DNA of 64,000 bases from an uncultured Pelagibacteraceae bacterium (GTDB lineage Bacteria; Pseudomonadota; Alphaproteobacteria; Pelagibacterales; Pelagibacteraceae): contig CABXSO010000003.1 of NCBI GenBank assembly GCA_902514945.1, positions 6,439-70,438 on the forward strand, given 5' to 3'. Below, piece by piece: positions 1 to 10,373 of this stretch (its first letter is position 1; the number at the start of each line of letters is the position of its first letter). Below the pieces are notes generated by a model. The model had not been told where the DNA came from, ran no database searches, and saw only the letters and a list, made by a program, of their open reading frames with translations. Position numbers and translations under genes: made by a program.

Positions 1-1
1 T

Positions 2-175
2 TTGACCCAGTTTTGGATATTTGCAGGTTTAATTATTTCTACAAAACAAATATTAAACTTAAGATCTAACTTTAAATCGTTTGGGATAATATTTTTATCT
101 TTTTTGATAATTGGTATTTTATCAGTATCTTTTGTAATGAGTAGAATGAACGCTTTACCAATTAATAGTATTTAA
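2..175 (+). CDS. 3' end of a membrane protein (5'-truncated by window edge)
   Basis: Hand translation of frame 2: LTQFWIFAGLIISTKQILNLRSNFKSFGIIFLSFLIIGILSVSFVMSRMNALPINSI*, two hydrophobic segments, TAA at 173-175. Confidence 0.7.
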   Translation: MTQFWIFAGLIISTKQILNLRSNFKSFGIIFLSFLIIGILSVSFVMSRMNALPINSI

Positions 176-354
176 ATTGGAAAAATTGTTTTAGAAATTC
201 TACATGATTTACATATTTTAAAACCTGTAAGTATCAAATTCTGTGTCACACTCTCATCTTTTTTTTTACATTCATCACAAATATCGTTGAGCTCATCAAT
301 ATTTTCAGAAAACTTTTGTACGTTTTTATCTTTTGTACTCATTTTGAGACACAT
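172..354 (-). CDS. Small hypothetical protein with CxxC...CxxC (possible Zn-binding)
   Basis: CDEC and CKSC motifs; fills gap before purE; true start may be MSTKDK at 342. Confidence 0.6.
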   Translation of the reverse strand: MCLKMSTKDKNVQKFSENIDELNDICDECKKKDESVTQNLILTGFKICKSCRISKTIFPI

Positions 355-456
355 GAATTTAATAATTATTAAATCATACCAATAAGTATTTTTTTATTCT
401 ATAAATTTATTGAAATTTAAAGAATTTTTTGAAATAAAGTTTTAATAAATATAATC

Positions 457-948
457 ATGAACAGAAAAAAAATTTTAAAAGTTTCTATTGTTATGGGGAG
501 TCAATCTGACTTCAGAACAATGAAATTAGCCAAAAAAATACTTCTAAAACTAAAAGTTCCTTGCGAAGTAAAAATTATTTCAGCGCATAGAACTCCTAAA
601 AGGATGTATGAATATGCGTTAAAAGCTGAAAAAAATAATATTGGTGTGATTATTGCGGGCGCGGGTGGTTCTGCTCATTTGCCTGGTATGATTGCAGCCT
701 TAACTCAGATACCTGTTTTAGGTGTTCCAATAGAAAGCAAAAAACTTAAAGGCCTAGATAGTTTATTATCAATATCACAAATGCCCAAAGGAATTCCAGT
801 TGGAACATTGGCTGTTGGTGAAGATGGAGCCATAAATGCTGCACTTCTTGCTGCCTCAATTATCGCAAATAATAATTCTTTGATAAAATCAAAACTTAAA
901 AATTGGAGAGCTTCTCAAACAAAATCAGTAAAGAAAAGTCCGAAATAA
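457..948 (+). CDS. purE: N5-carboxyaminoimidazole ribonucleotide mutase
   Basis: MGSQSD, SAHRTP, AGAGGSAHLPG, GVP motifs. Confidence 0.97.
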   Translation: MNRKKILKVSIVMGSQSDFRTMKLAKKILLKLKVPCEVKIISAHRTPKRMYEYALKAEKNNIGVIIAGAGGSAHLPGMIAALTQIPVLGVPIESKKLKGLDSLLSISQMPKGIPVGTLAVGEDGAINAALLAASIIANNNSLIKSKLKNWRASQTKSVKKSPK

Positions 949-953
949 TCTAG

Positions 954-2000
954 ATGTCTGAAATTACATTAGGAATACTTGGTGGGGGTCAATTGGGTAG
1001 TATGTTATCTTTAGCCGCAAAAAAAATAAATATAAAATCAATAATTTATTCTGATGATAAAGACGCTCCAGCACAAAATTTTTGTAATGAATTTATTTAT
1101 GGAAAATATTACGATAAGGAAAAAATTTATGACTTTATAAAAAAAGTAAATGTAATCACTTTCGAATTTGAGAACATTCCTTTTGAAGCTTTAAATGAAA
1201 TTAGTAAACTAAAAAGTGTTTACCCAAAACCATCTATTAATAGATTAATACAGCACCGTCTAGCAGAGAAGGATTTTATAAATAAATTAAATATTAGAAC
1301 AACAAGATACGTAAGTATAGAAAAAAAATCTGATTTGGAGTCTCTAGAGGAATTTTTACCAGGGATTTTAAAAACAACCACGATGGGTTATGATGGCAAA
1401 GGTCAATATCCAATCAAAAATTTAGAAGAGATTGATAAATTAAATATTGATTTCTCAAAAGAATATATTCTTGAAAAGTTAGTAAAATTAAAAAAGGAAA
1501 TTTCTGTAATTGTCACTAGATTTAGTAATAATAAATACGAAATTTATGAGCCAATTGAAAACACTCATGAAAATCAAATTTTGAAAAAGTCCAAAATACC
1601 TGCAGAAATAAATAATAAGTTAATTGAACAATCTAAAGAATGGTCTTTGCAAATTTCTGAAGAATTAAAATATATTGGTACACTTTGTGTAGAATTTTTT
1701 ATTGATAGGAATGATAATTTATATGTTAATGAAATAGCCCCACGAGTTCACAATTCTGGACATTTAACTATAAATGCCTTTAATGTGAGTCAATTTGAAA
1801 ATCATATCAGAGCAGTATGTTCCTTAGAGCAAATTCCAATTAAAAAATTACACAACGCAGAAATGATAAACCTGATTGGTAATCAAATTGAGGATTATAG
1901 ACGAAATTTAAAATTAAAAGATAATCAATTTTTTTTTGATTATCTAAAAAAAGAAATTAAAGATAAAAGAAAAATGGGACATCTAACAACGTTAAAATAA
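954..2000 (+). CDS. purK: N5-CAIR synthetase (ATP-grasp)
   Basis: GGGQLG, GYDGKGQ, NEIAPRVHNSGH, RKMGH; follows purE. Confidence 0.97.
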   Translation: MSEITLGILGGGQLGSMLSLAAKKINIKSIIYSDDKDAPAQNFCNEFIYGKYYDKEKIYDFIKKVNVITFEFENIPFEALNEISKLKSVYPKPSINRLIQHRLAEKDFINKLNIRTTRYVSIEKKSDLESLEEFLPGILKTTTMGYDGKGQYPIKNLEEIDKLNIDFSKEYILEKLVKLKKEISVIVTRFSNNKYEIYEPIENTHENQILKKSKIPAEINNKLIEQSKEWSLQISEELKYIGTLCVEFFIDRNDNLYVNEIAPRVHNSGHLTINAFNVSQFENHIRAVCSLEQIPIKKLHNAEMINLIGNQIEDYRRNLKLKDNQFFFDYLKKEIKDKRKMGHLTTLK

Positions 2001-2468
2001 ATGCTTAAAACAATCGAAGGAAACTTTGAAAATCCTGAAGTGAATGAACTTTTGACTAAGCATTTTATTGAATTAAGATCAGCATCTCCAAAAGGAAGTG
2101 CTCATGTGCTAGATATTGAAGGTTTAAAGGTTCCATCTATCAAATTTTGGAGTTTATGGAATGAAAAACAAATAATTGGGTGTGGTGCCTTAAAGATATT
2201 AGAGAAAGAACATGGAGAATTTAAATCAATAAGATTACACGATGAATTTCGAAAAAAAGGAAATGGAGTTAAATTGATCAATCACCTAATTGAAGAGGCT
2301 AAAAAATTAAAGATTATTCGTATAAGTATTGAAACAGGAGCGGGAAAATTTTTTGAACCTGCAAGAAAATTATTTGATTTATGTGGTTTTAAGCCCTGTA
2401 AGCCTTTTGCACACTACAAAGAAGATATTAATTCAATTTATTTATCTAAATTAATAGACAACAATTAA
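2001..2468 (+). CDS. GNAT-family N-acetyltransferase
   Basis: GCGALK, RKKGNG acetyl-CoA loop, ETG...A.KLF...GF. Confidence 0.88.
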   Translation: MLKTIEGNFENPEVNELLTKHFIELRSASPKGSAHVLDIEGLKVPSIKFWSLWNEKQIIGCGALKILEKEHGEFKSIRLHDEFRKKGNGVKLINHLIEEAKKLKIIRISIETGAGKFFEPARKLFDLCGFKPCKPFAHYKEDINSIYLSKLIDNN

Positions 2469-2586
2469 GATTAAAATTTAGAAAATTAATCTATTTTGTT
2501 GACAAAACTGATGAAATTATAAAGAAAGTCATAATTACTTAATTATAAGTAATAAATTAATATAACAAAAAGTAAGAAGAAAAAAT

Positions 2587-2793
2587 ATGAGTCTACAAGG
2601 AAAAGTAAAGTGGTTCAATCCAACCAAAGGATTTGGCTTCATTGAGAGAGAAGATAAAGAAAAAGATGTTTTCGTACATGTTTCAGCAGTTAGAGATGCT
2701 GGTATGAACGGTTTAGACGAGGGTCAGGCTTTGACTTTCGATGTTGAAGATGGTCCTAAAGGTCCTTCAGCAGTTAATTTAAAAACTGCATAA
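2587..2793 (+). CDS. cspA: Cold-shock domain RNA-binding protein
   Basis: [12 protein letters not shown] (RNP1), DVFVHVSA (RNP2), [10 protein letters not shown]; paralog identity uncertain. Confidence 0.93.
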   Translation: MSLQGKVKWFNPTKGFGFIEREDKEKDVFVHVSAVRDAGMNGLDEGQALTFDVEDGPKGPSAVNLKTA

Positions 2794-2807
2794 TTTTCAT
2801 TATTTAA

Positions 2808-2861
2808 TTATTGGCTATAAGATTTACAATTTGATAAAGATTGTATAGTTGTAGCCAATAA
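2808..2861 (+). terminator. Long hairpin after csp gene (terminator or mRNA stabiliser)
   Basis: TTATTGGCTATAA (2808-2820) pairs with TTGTAGCCAATAA (2849-2861); inner TACAAT/ATTGTA. Confidence 0.65.
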
Positions 2862-2891
2862 ATTAACTTTAACTCAAGTATAAATTAAAGA

Positions 2892-3639
2892 ATGATCGGT
2901 ATTTTAGGTGGCATGGGTACACAGGCTGGTCTAGACTTTTGTAACAAGCTTGCCATACTTTACAGAGGAAAAATAGATCAAGAGTATCCTCTATTTTTAC
3001 TTTTTAATAAATCTAATATACCTGGTAGACCAGACTCAATTGGTGTTCATACCAAAAATTTATCAAATAAATCGAAAAATAAAAAAGTTGAAAAAAAATA
3101 CGCATTAGTTTTAAAAAATTTAGTGCATGGATGTAATGTGCTGAAAAATAGTAAATGTAAATTTATTGTTATTCCTTGTAACACTGCTCATTATTGGTAC
3201 AAAGATTTAAAAAAAAAAATAAGATTACCTATAATCAATATGCCAAAAGAGGTTTTTAATCATACAAAAAAAAAAATGTAAAAAAAACTCAATGATTGGA
3301 TTACTTGCAACTGAGGGCACATTGAATACAGGCATATATAATAAATTTTTTGACAAAGACTATAATTTAATTTTTCCAAGTAATACATTACAAAAAAAAT
3401 CTGTTAATAAAGCTATAAAGCTTGTTAAGATGGGAAATGTAAAGGCCGCAAGTAAAGTAATCAAACCCTCTATTGACTATTTAATTAAAAGAAAATGTAA
3501 AAAAATTATTCTTGGATGCACAGAACTTCCAATAGCAATATTTGCGTTTAAATCATTTAAAAAAATTAAAACCTCAAAAATATTTTTAGATCCTAATTTG
3601 ATTTTAGCAAACGCTGCAATGAAAAAATATGTTAGATAA
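2892..3639 (+). pseudogene. Aspartate/glutamate racemase family gene split by a 1-nt frameshift in an A11 tract (may be a sequencing error)
   Basis: N-half: IGILGGMG, PCNTAH; C-half: GLLATEGT, LGCTELP. Removing one A from 3266-3276 joins 2892..3281 and 3292..3639 in frame. Confidence 0.85.
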
Positions 3640-4055
3640 TGAAATCTTACGACAAACCGTATATTTTACATGTTGCTGAAATTATCTATCTAGAAGTTGT
3701 AAAGATTAAGAATGAAAATGAGACTTTTTCTAATTCAGAATCTATAAATAAATTTATTGGATCGGAAACTTACAAAAAAATAAGCAGTGGCAAGTTTCAT
3801 GATGATTGGTTTAATGAATTAGCCAAGAAAGATAAAAAAATTCCCAATGAAACAATGAGATTACTTAAAATTCAAAAAGAAATGATGATCAAGCAATTAA
3901 TAGAATATCCAGAACTTTACTATACAAAAAGCCACTCTCCATTGGAAATTTCCAAAAGAGCATTTGATCATTTATGGAGAGTTTGTGAAAGCTACGAGTT
4001 ATGGTGTAAAGAAACCAAACAAAAAGATTTAATATTGTTGAATATTACAGATTAA
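3639..4055 (+). CDS. Hypothetical protein
   Basis: 138-aa ORF overlapping upstream stop (TAATG); no recognised motif. Confidence 0.7.
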   Translation: MKSYDKPYILHVAEIIYLEVVKIKNENETFSNSESINKFIGSETYKKISSGKFHDDWFNELAKKDKKIPNETMRLLKIQKEMMIKQLIEYPELYYTKSHSPLEISKRAFDHLWRVCESYELWCKETKQKDLILLNITD

Positions 4056-4441
4056 TTTTTTATTTTTAGTTTTTTACGTGTGCTTGTTAATCTTTTTTCA
4101 ACTAGCAGTTTAAATTCCTTATCAAAATTTGTTTGGCTATTTTGTTCAATCAACTTTTTATGTACTGCTGCGACTCTAGTTATTATCATACTCTCAAAAT
4201 CTTCATTAATTTGACTTTTTGAATTATTCTTAGAAACTTCTTCCTTAAAGTAATTGAGTGAACTTTTTCCAGTCCTTTTTTTGAATTCATTGTCAATTAG
4301 TAGCTGTGTGCTTGCTTTAAAAACATTTCCAGATGAAGCTATCGTAAAAGCTGGTCCTAAAAAACTTGCAACTTGTACAAAGCCAGTCATTAATAAAAAT
4401 GACGTTAAAAAGAGACAAATTTTAAAAAGTCTTAAAGTCAT
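4052..4441 (-). CDS. Hypothetical exported/membrane-anchored protein with C-terminal tandem duplication
   Basis: Hydrophobic N-terminus; two similar ~28-aa helical units at the C-terminus. Confidence 0.65.
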   Translation of the reverse strand: MTLRLFKICLFLTSFLLMTGFVQVASFLGPAFTIASSGNVFKASTQLLIDNEFKKRTGKSSLNYFKEEVSKNNSKSQINEDFESMIITRVAAVHKKLIEQNSQTNFDKEFKLLVEKRLTSTRKKLKIKN

Positions 4442-4551
4442 AAAATTAGGTTAGTTGATTTGGTAAAAGATCTCAATTACTAAATCGTTCAGAATAAGTC
4501 TTAATATAGATAGAATATTGTGATAATTCATTATTTTATTGTATTTTAGTC

Positions 4552-5400
4552 ATGTCAAGAATATTTCCCTTCATATTTATCATTCTTTGGTCATCAGCTT
4601 TTATTACTACTAAGCCTATAGTAGATAATAGTGATCCTTTTTCAGCTTTAGCATTTAGATTTTTTATTGTAACTCTGGGATTCTATATATTCTCACTTCA
4701 CTTAAAACAGTCAATAATTATTAATAAAAAACACTTAATAGAATCGGTTTTCAGCGGAATTCTTTTTCACGGTCTTTATCTAGGAGGGGTTTTCTATTCA
4801 ATCTCTATTGGTATGCCAACTGGAATTGCTGCTTTGATAGTTACTCTACAACCAGTTTTAACAAATATATTGAGTGGACCGATACTAAATGAACAAATAA
4901 CAATTAAACAGTGGGTTGGTGTTTTTCTAGGATTTATAGGTGCGTCGTTAGTTTTAGGACTCGATATTGGCTCAGATATCCCGCTTCTCGGATTAATTGC
5001 AACTGTAATAGCGTTACTTTCAATTACTGCATCTACTATTTGGCAAAAAAAGTTAAGCAAAAATTTAACATTATCGGTAAGTAATTTTTATCAAGCACTT
5101 GGTGGGTGTCTATTCCATATTCTTTTAATAATATTTTTTGTAAAACCGTACATTAATTTTAATAAAACGTTTCTTATAGCCATGAGTCATCAAATATTTC
5201 TTGTTTCTTTTGGAGCATTTACAATATTGATGTTCTTAATTAAGAAAAATTCTGCAAGTAAAACTGTATCTATTTTTTTTTTAATACCGACCACATCTGC
5301 TCTAATGGCTTGGTTTTTTTTGAATGAAAATTTAACTAATTTAGATATTCTAGGTTTTTTGATAACTTCTATAGGTGTATATATTGCTACAAGAGATTAA
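4552..5400 (+). CDS. DMT/EamA family transporter
   Basis: About 10 TM segments; WSSAF, LQP, G..LGFIG patterns. Confidence 0.9.
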   Translation: MSRIFPFIFIILWSSAFITTKPIVDNSDPFSALAFRFFIVTLGFYIFSLHLKQSIIINKKHLIESVFSGILFHGLYLGGVFYSISIGMPTGIAALIVTLQPVLTNILSGPILNEQITIKQWVGVFLGFIGASLVLGLDIGSDIPLLGLIATVIALLSITASTIWQKKLSKNLTLSVSNFYQALGGCLFHILLIIFFVKPYINFNKTFLIAMSHQIFLVSFGAFTILMFLIKKNSASKTVSIFFLIPTTSALMAWFFLNENLTNLDILGFLITSIGVYIATRD

Positions 5401-5450
5401 AAATGATTATATAATGTAAGATAATAAAAATTAATTAAAAAAAAATTATA

Positions 5451-7136
5451 ATGTCAAAACTAAAATCAGATATTGAAATAGCTCGAAAAGCTAAAATGAA
5501 GCCAATCAGCAAAATTTTATCTAAAATGAATGTACCTGATAAAAATAGTGCATTTAGTCCCATGGGTAGACATATTGCAAAAATAAATTTTGAGTTTTTA
5601 GATAAACTTAAGAAAAAAAAGGATGGTCATTTAGTTTTAGTAACTGCAATTACTCCCACACCAGCTGGAGAAGGAAAGACAACAACCTCTGTTGGTTTAA
5701 ATGATGGTCTGAATAAAATCGGGAAAAAATCAACTGTCTGTCTCAGGGAGCCAAGTCTTGGTCCATCTTTTGGAATGAAAGGTGGTGCCGCTGGAGGAGG
5801 TTATGCTCAAGTTGTACCTATGGAACAAATAAATTTACACTTTACAGGTGATTTTCATGCAATTACCTCTGCACATAATTTACTTTCGGCGATAATTGAT
5901 AATCATATTTATTGGGGAAACAAGCTAGATATAGATGAGAATAGAATTGTTTGGAAACGCGTGCTGGACATGAACGACCGTGCGCTTAGATTTATTGATA
6001 TTAACACTAGTGGGGTTGCTAAAGATTTTAAAAGAACTGATGGTTTTGATATCACAGTAGCATCTGAAGTAATGGCGATTTTTTGCCTCTCTAATGATTT
6101 AAAAGATTTAGAAAAAAAAATTGGCAATATAACTTTCGCTTATAATAAAGCCGGAGAGCCTCTATACGCGAGAGATCTTAAAGCTCATGGTCCCATGACA
6201 GTTTTACTTAAAGAAGCTATTAGACCAAATGTAACTCAAACTTTAGAAAATAATCCTGCAATTATACACGGTGGTCCATTTGCAAATATTGCACATGGAT
6301 GTAACTCCGTTATTGCAACTAAAACAGCACTAAAATTATCAGATTACGTAGTCACAGAAGCAGGTTTTGGTGCAGATTTAGGCGCTGAAAAATTTTTAAA
6401 TATAAAATGCAGAAAATCAGGTTTAGCTCCAAGCTGTGTAGTTATTGTAGCAACTATAAGAGCTTTAAAAATGCACGGTGGTGTCGAAAAGAAAGATTTA
6501 AAAAAAGAGAATGTAGACGCATTAAAAAAAGGGCTAATTAACCTAGAAAGACACATTTCGAATATAAAGAAATTCGGGTTAGAACCAATTGTAGCAATAA
6601 ATCATTTTGTACTCGATACTAATCTAGAGATAAGAACTGTCTTAGATTTTTGTAAAGATAGAAAAGTTGAAGTGAGTGAGTGCAAACACTGGGCTAAGGG
6701 TGGAAAAGGTGCAATAGATCTAGCAAAAAAAGTTGTTCAAATTTGTAAAAAGAAAAAAAATAAATTTGATTTCTTATATAAGGACGACCTCAAATTATGG
6801 GATAAAATCGAATTGATAGCAAAACAAATTTATAAAGCTGATAAGATTACTGCAAATAGTGATGTTCTTAAAGAATTGGATAAATTTGAAAAAAATGGTC
6901 ATAGAAATTTACCAGTTTGTATAGCTAAAACACAATATAGTTTTTCCACTGACCCGAAACTTAAAGGTGCTCCATCAAATCATGAAATACCAATTAGAGA
7001 AGTAAGACTATCATCAGGAGCAGAATTTGTGGTTGTTATCTGTGGGTCAGTAATGACAATGCCTGGACTACCAAAAGTACCTGCAGCTGACAACATTAAA
7101 TTAAATAAAAAAGGTGAGATAGAAGGATTGTTTTAA
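5451..7136 (+). CDS. fhs: Formate--tetrahydrofolate ligase
   Basis: [44 protein letters not shown]. Confidence 0.98.
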   Translation: MSKLKSDIEIARKAKMKPISKILSKMNVPDKNSAFSPMGRHIAKINFEFLDKLKKKKDGHLVLVTAITPTPAGEGKTTTSVGLNDGLNKIGKKSTVCLREPSLGPSFGMKGGAAGGGYAQVVPMEQINLHFTGDFHAITSAHNLLSAIIDNHIYWGNKLDIDENRIVWKRVLDMNDRALRFIDINTSGVAKDFKRTDGFDITVASEVMAIFCLSNDLKDLEKKIGNITFAYNKAGEPLYARDLKAHGPMTVLLKEAIRPNVTQTLENNPAIIHGGPFANIAHGCNSVIATKTALKLSDYVVTEAGFGADLGAEKFLNIKCRKSGLAPSCVVIVATIRALKMHGGVEKKDLKKENVDALKKGLINLERHISNIKKFGLEPIVAINHFVLDTNLEIRTVLDFCKDRKVEVSECKHWAKGGKGAIDLAKKVVQICKKKKNKFDFLYKDDLKLWDKIELIAKQIYKADKITANSDVLKELDKFEKNGHRNLPVCIAKTQYSFSTDPKLKGAPSNHEIPIREVRLSSGAEFVVVICGSVMTMPGLPKVPAADNIKLNKKGEIEGLF

Positions 7137-7915
7137 TCCAATTTTTTTAGCCAATTTTTAAGCTCCAGCATTCTATTTTGCTTATCAGAAATTAAAATTT
7201 CTTTTTTAATAAAAGATATATGTTTTTCAACTTCATCATCATTCTTAAATACTTTTCTATATTCTATTAATCTTTTCTTCCTAAACTTAATTAAACTTAT
7301 CATTTTTTCATAAGTTATTTCAGGATGATATTGTAGACCCCAGACTTTGGTATTATTTATTTCAAAATAAAGACTTTGTATTTTATTAACTTTATTTGAT
7401 GCTAAACAAATTCCTTTTTCTGGTAATTTTGTTACTTCATCAAAATTAAAGGCTGGGGAATTAAATTTTTTTTCTTTATTTTCATAAAGTGGATGTTCAA
7501 GACCGTGTCTATTAATTTCAATTTCCTTAGCTATGCCAACATGAGGATTATCAGCTTTCTTCACTTGCCCTCCTGCTGCAGTCACAGCTACTTGCATACC
7601 CCAACAAATAGCCAAGATTTTTTTCACTTTACTTTGACAATTTTTCATAAATTCAATTTGTTTTCTAATTTCAGGAGTATCATTATAAATATTCAAACTA
7701 CTTCCTCCCCAGATCAATCCGTCATATTTTTGTAGGTTGTTACTGTAATTTTGAATATCTACATCTGAAGATGGATTCACCACATCTAGTGCTAAATCGT
7801 TTGTTAGGTAAGATAGACTATCTTTTAAACTCTCGGTATGTGTTTGAATACCTGCGTTAGAGAAGTTTTTATTCTCCTCTTTTATGTTTCCTTCAACAAT
7901 AAGTATTTTCTTCAT
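7133..7915 (-). CDS. Class I glutamine amidotransferase-like protein
   Basis: AICWGMQ nucleophile elbow and QYHPE. Confidence 0.88.
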   Translation of the reverse strand: MKKILIVEGNIKEENKNFSNAGIQTHTESLKDSLSYLTNDLALDVVNPSSDVDIQNYSNNLQKYDGLIWGGSSLNIYNDTPEIRKQIEFMKNCQSKVKKILAICWGMQVAVTAAGGQVKKADNPHVGIAKEIEINRHGLEHPLYENKEKKFNSPAFNFDEVTKLPEKGICLASNKVNKIQSLYFEINNTKVWGLQYHPEITYEKMISLIKFRKKRLIEYRKVFKNDDEVEKHISFIKKEILISDKQNRMLELKNWLKKLD

Positions 7916-8108
7916 AAAATTTAAGTTTATTTTCCCATAATTTTTGAAAAAAGTTAATAGTACAATCCTGAGTTGTTTCTTTAATTTAATAACACTTTAA
8001 AAAATAAGGAAATTTAAAGTTCAAGATTAATTATTGCAGTATCTAAAGTCATGTGATTAGATCATATCAAATAAGAATGATTAACATAGCAAAAACGAGG
8101 GAGGAATT

Positions 8109-9449
8109 ATGTTAGCAAGAATGTTTAAAAAGCTAACTTCTACTCTTACAGTAGTTGTAGCTTTATTTTCTTCAATCGCTTTACCTCAAACTGTATTTGG
8201 TGCTGAAACTCAATATTTTCCAGTAGCAAGTAGCCGTGTTGGACCATACTCAGCAATGGGAACTGGTTATTACGGAGCTCAAATTGATTACATGAATTAT
8301 GTCAACATGACAGGTGGAGTCAACGGAGTGATGCTTACTTGGCAAGAATGTGAAACTGAGTATAACGCAGTAAAAACAGTTGAGTGTTATCAGCGACTTT
8401 TAGAAAAAGACGGTCAAAGAATAGTTGTGTTTGATACTTTAGGAACACCAGGAGCATACGCAGTAATTAATCGTATGGCAAAAGACAATGTTGTTTTAGC
8501 TCAATATGGTTATGGAAGAACTGACGGTGCTGATGGAAGAGTATGGCCTTGGGTATTTAATGCTGCAAGTCACTACTGGTCACAGATAGCTGTTAAATTA
8601 AAATTTATGGCACAAATCGAGGGCGGAATTGATAAGATGAAAGGTAAAAAAATCGTTCACTTACACATTGACTCTGCTTACGGTAGAGAGCCATTACCAG
8701 CAATGAGAAAAATTTGTAATGACTGGGGAGTTGAATTGATTGAAATATCAATCCCACCTCCAGGTCTTGAACAACAATCTCAGTGGCTACAAATCAGAAA
8801 AGAAAAACCTGATTGGGTTACTTTCTGGGGAGCAGGTTCTGGAATGAATTCAACAGCAATGACTAATGCTGCCAGAATAAATTTCCCAAGAGATAGAATG
8901 ATGTATGTAACTTTTGGTGCTGCCGAAGAGGATATGTATCCAGCAGGTGATGCAGCTAAGGGAACTTACGCTGTAGCTAATGCTTTACCAGGAGAATATC
9001 CATTAGTTAAAAACATCAAAGATAAAGTATATGGTGGTGGAAAAGGTAACTTAGCTGATCCAAATAGGATTGGTTCAGTTTACTGGAACAGAGGACTAGG
9101 TGCTGCTGTAATGTGGATTGAGGGCTTAAGAAATGCTCAAAAAATGCACAACAAAGTTGGTAAGGCAGTTACTGGTGCTGAGTTTAGAGATGGTTACGAA
9201 GCTATCAACATGAATGAAGCAAGAATGAAAGAGTTAGGTATTGACGGAATGTTAGCTCCATTCTCTATTTCTTGTGCCAATCATGAGGGTGCTGGTAAGT
9301 TTGCTGTAATGCAGTGGGATGGAACTAAATTCAATCAGGTAACTGGTTGGGAAGCTCCAGGCGATCCTGCATTTATTAGGGGTCTTGTAGAGGCGTCTGC
9401 AGCTAAATTTGCTAAAGAGAACAACATTACACCAAAAAAATGTGGTTAA
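8109..9449 (+). CDS. HAAT/Liv-type ABC transporter substrate-binding protein
   Basis: Signal peptide; GGVNG, CETEY, YGRTD, AYGREP; RBS GAGG upstream; followed by livFGHM-like genes. Confidence 0.9.
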   Translation: MLARMFKKLTSTLTVVVALFSSIALPQTVFGAETQYFPVASSRVGPYSAMGTGYYGAQIDYMNYVNMTGGVNGVMLTWQECETEYNAVKTVECYQRLLEKDGQRIVVFDTLGTPGAYAVINRMAKDNVVLAQYGYGRTDGADGRVWPWVFNAASHYWSQIAVKLKFMAQIEGGIDKMKGKKIVHLHIDSAYGREPLPAMRKICNDWGVELIEISIPPPGLEQQSQWLQIRKEKPDWVTFWGAGSGMNSTAMTNAARINFPRDRMMYVTFGAAEEDMYPAGDAAKGTYAVANALPGEYPLVKNIKDKVYGGGKGNLADPNRIGSVYWNRGLGAAVMWIEGLRNAQKMHNKVGKAVTGAEFRDGYEAINMNEARMKELGIDGMLAPFSISCANHEGAGKFAVMQWDGTKFNQVTGWEAPGDPAFIRGLVEASAAKFAKENNITPKKCG

Positions 9450-9479
9450 TTAATTTAGAGATAAATTAATACTAATCTG

Positions 9480-9518
9480 AGGGGGTGTTTAAATAATTTA
9501 ATTATTTAAACTCCCCCT
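9480..9518 (+). terminator. Hairpin between SBP and ATPase genes (partial terminator/stabiliser)
   Basis: AGGGGG-T-GTTTAAATAAT pairs with ATTATTTAAAC-T-CCCCCT. Confidence 0.7.
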
Positions 9519-9555
9519 TTAACTAAAATTTAATTTAATATAAAAAGAAAGCTTA

Positions 9556-10371
9556 ATGAGTAACAGTTCAGCAAACATTCTAGACATAAAGAATATTGAG
9601 GTCAGATATGATGATGTTATTTTAGCTTTACACGATGTATCTTTGAAAGTTCCTAAAGGAAAAGTAGTTGCATTATTAGGAGCAAACGGAGCAGGAAAAA
9701 GTACTACATTAAAAGCAGTTTCAACTATGTTAGCTTCAGAAAGAGGCAAGGTTACAAATGGTTCAATTGAGTATGATGGAAACTCAATAAATAAACAAAC
9801 TCCTTCGCAAATGGTTGGGCTTGGAATGGTCCAAGTGTTAGAAGGTAGAAGATGTTTTGGTCACCTTACTGTAGAGGAAAATATAATTTCAGGAGCATAC
9901 TCAAGAAAATTATCTAAAGGTGATATTAATCAAGAATTAGAGAAAATTTATACTTATTTTATAAGACTTAAAGAAAGAAGAAAAAGTCAAGCAGCATTCA
10001 CTTCAGGTGGAGAGCAACAAATGATAGCAGTTGCAAGAGCCATGATGGCTAAACCAAAAATGTTATTATTGGATGAGCCAACAATGGGTCTAGCACCTCA
10101 GTTAGTTGCTGAGATTTTTAATATTGTAAAAGAATTAAATACAAAAGAGGGTGTTAGTATTTTACTTGCTGAGCAAAACACTAACGTTGCACTAAAAAAT
10201 TCAGATTATGGCTATATCATTGAGACTGGTAGAGTTATGCTAGATGGTACTGCAGAAAGTTTATTAAATGATGATAAAGTAAAAGAATTGTATTTAGGAA
10301 TTTCAAAGAAAGGTAGAAAAAATTTTAGAGATGTTCTTAAAGAAGAAAGTTTAAAAAAAAGAAGTAATTAA
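9556..10371 (+). CDS. livF: ABC ATP-binding protein, LivF-like
   Basis: GANGAGKST, SGGEQQM, LLLDEP, EQN. Confidence 0.9.
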   Translation: MSNSSANILDIKNIEVRYDDVILALHDVSLKVPKGKVVALLGANGAGKSTTLKAVSTMLASERGKVTNGSIEYDGNSINKQTPSQMVGLGMVQVLEGRRCFGHLTVEENIISGAYSRKLSKGDINQELEKIYTYFIRLKERRKSQAAFTSGGEQQMIAVARAMMAKPKMLLLDEPTMGLAPQLVAEIFNIVKELNTKEGVSILLAEQNTNVALKNSDYGYIIETGRVMLDGTAESLLNDDKVKELYLGISKKGRKNFRDVLKEESLKKRSN

Positions 10372-10373
10372 AG

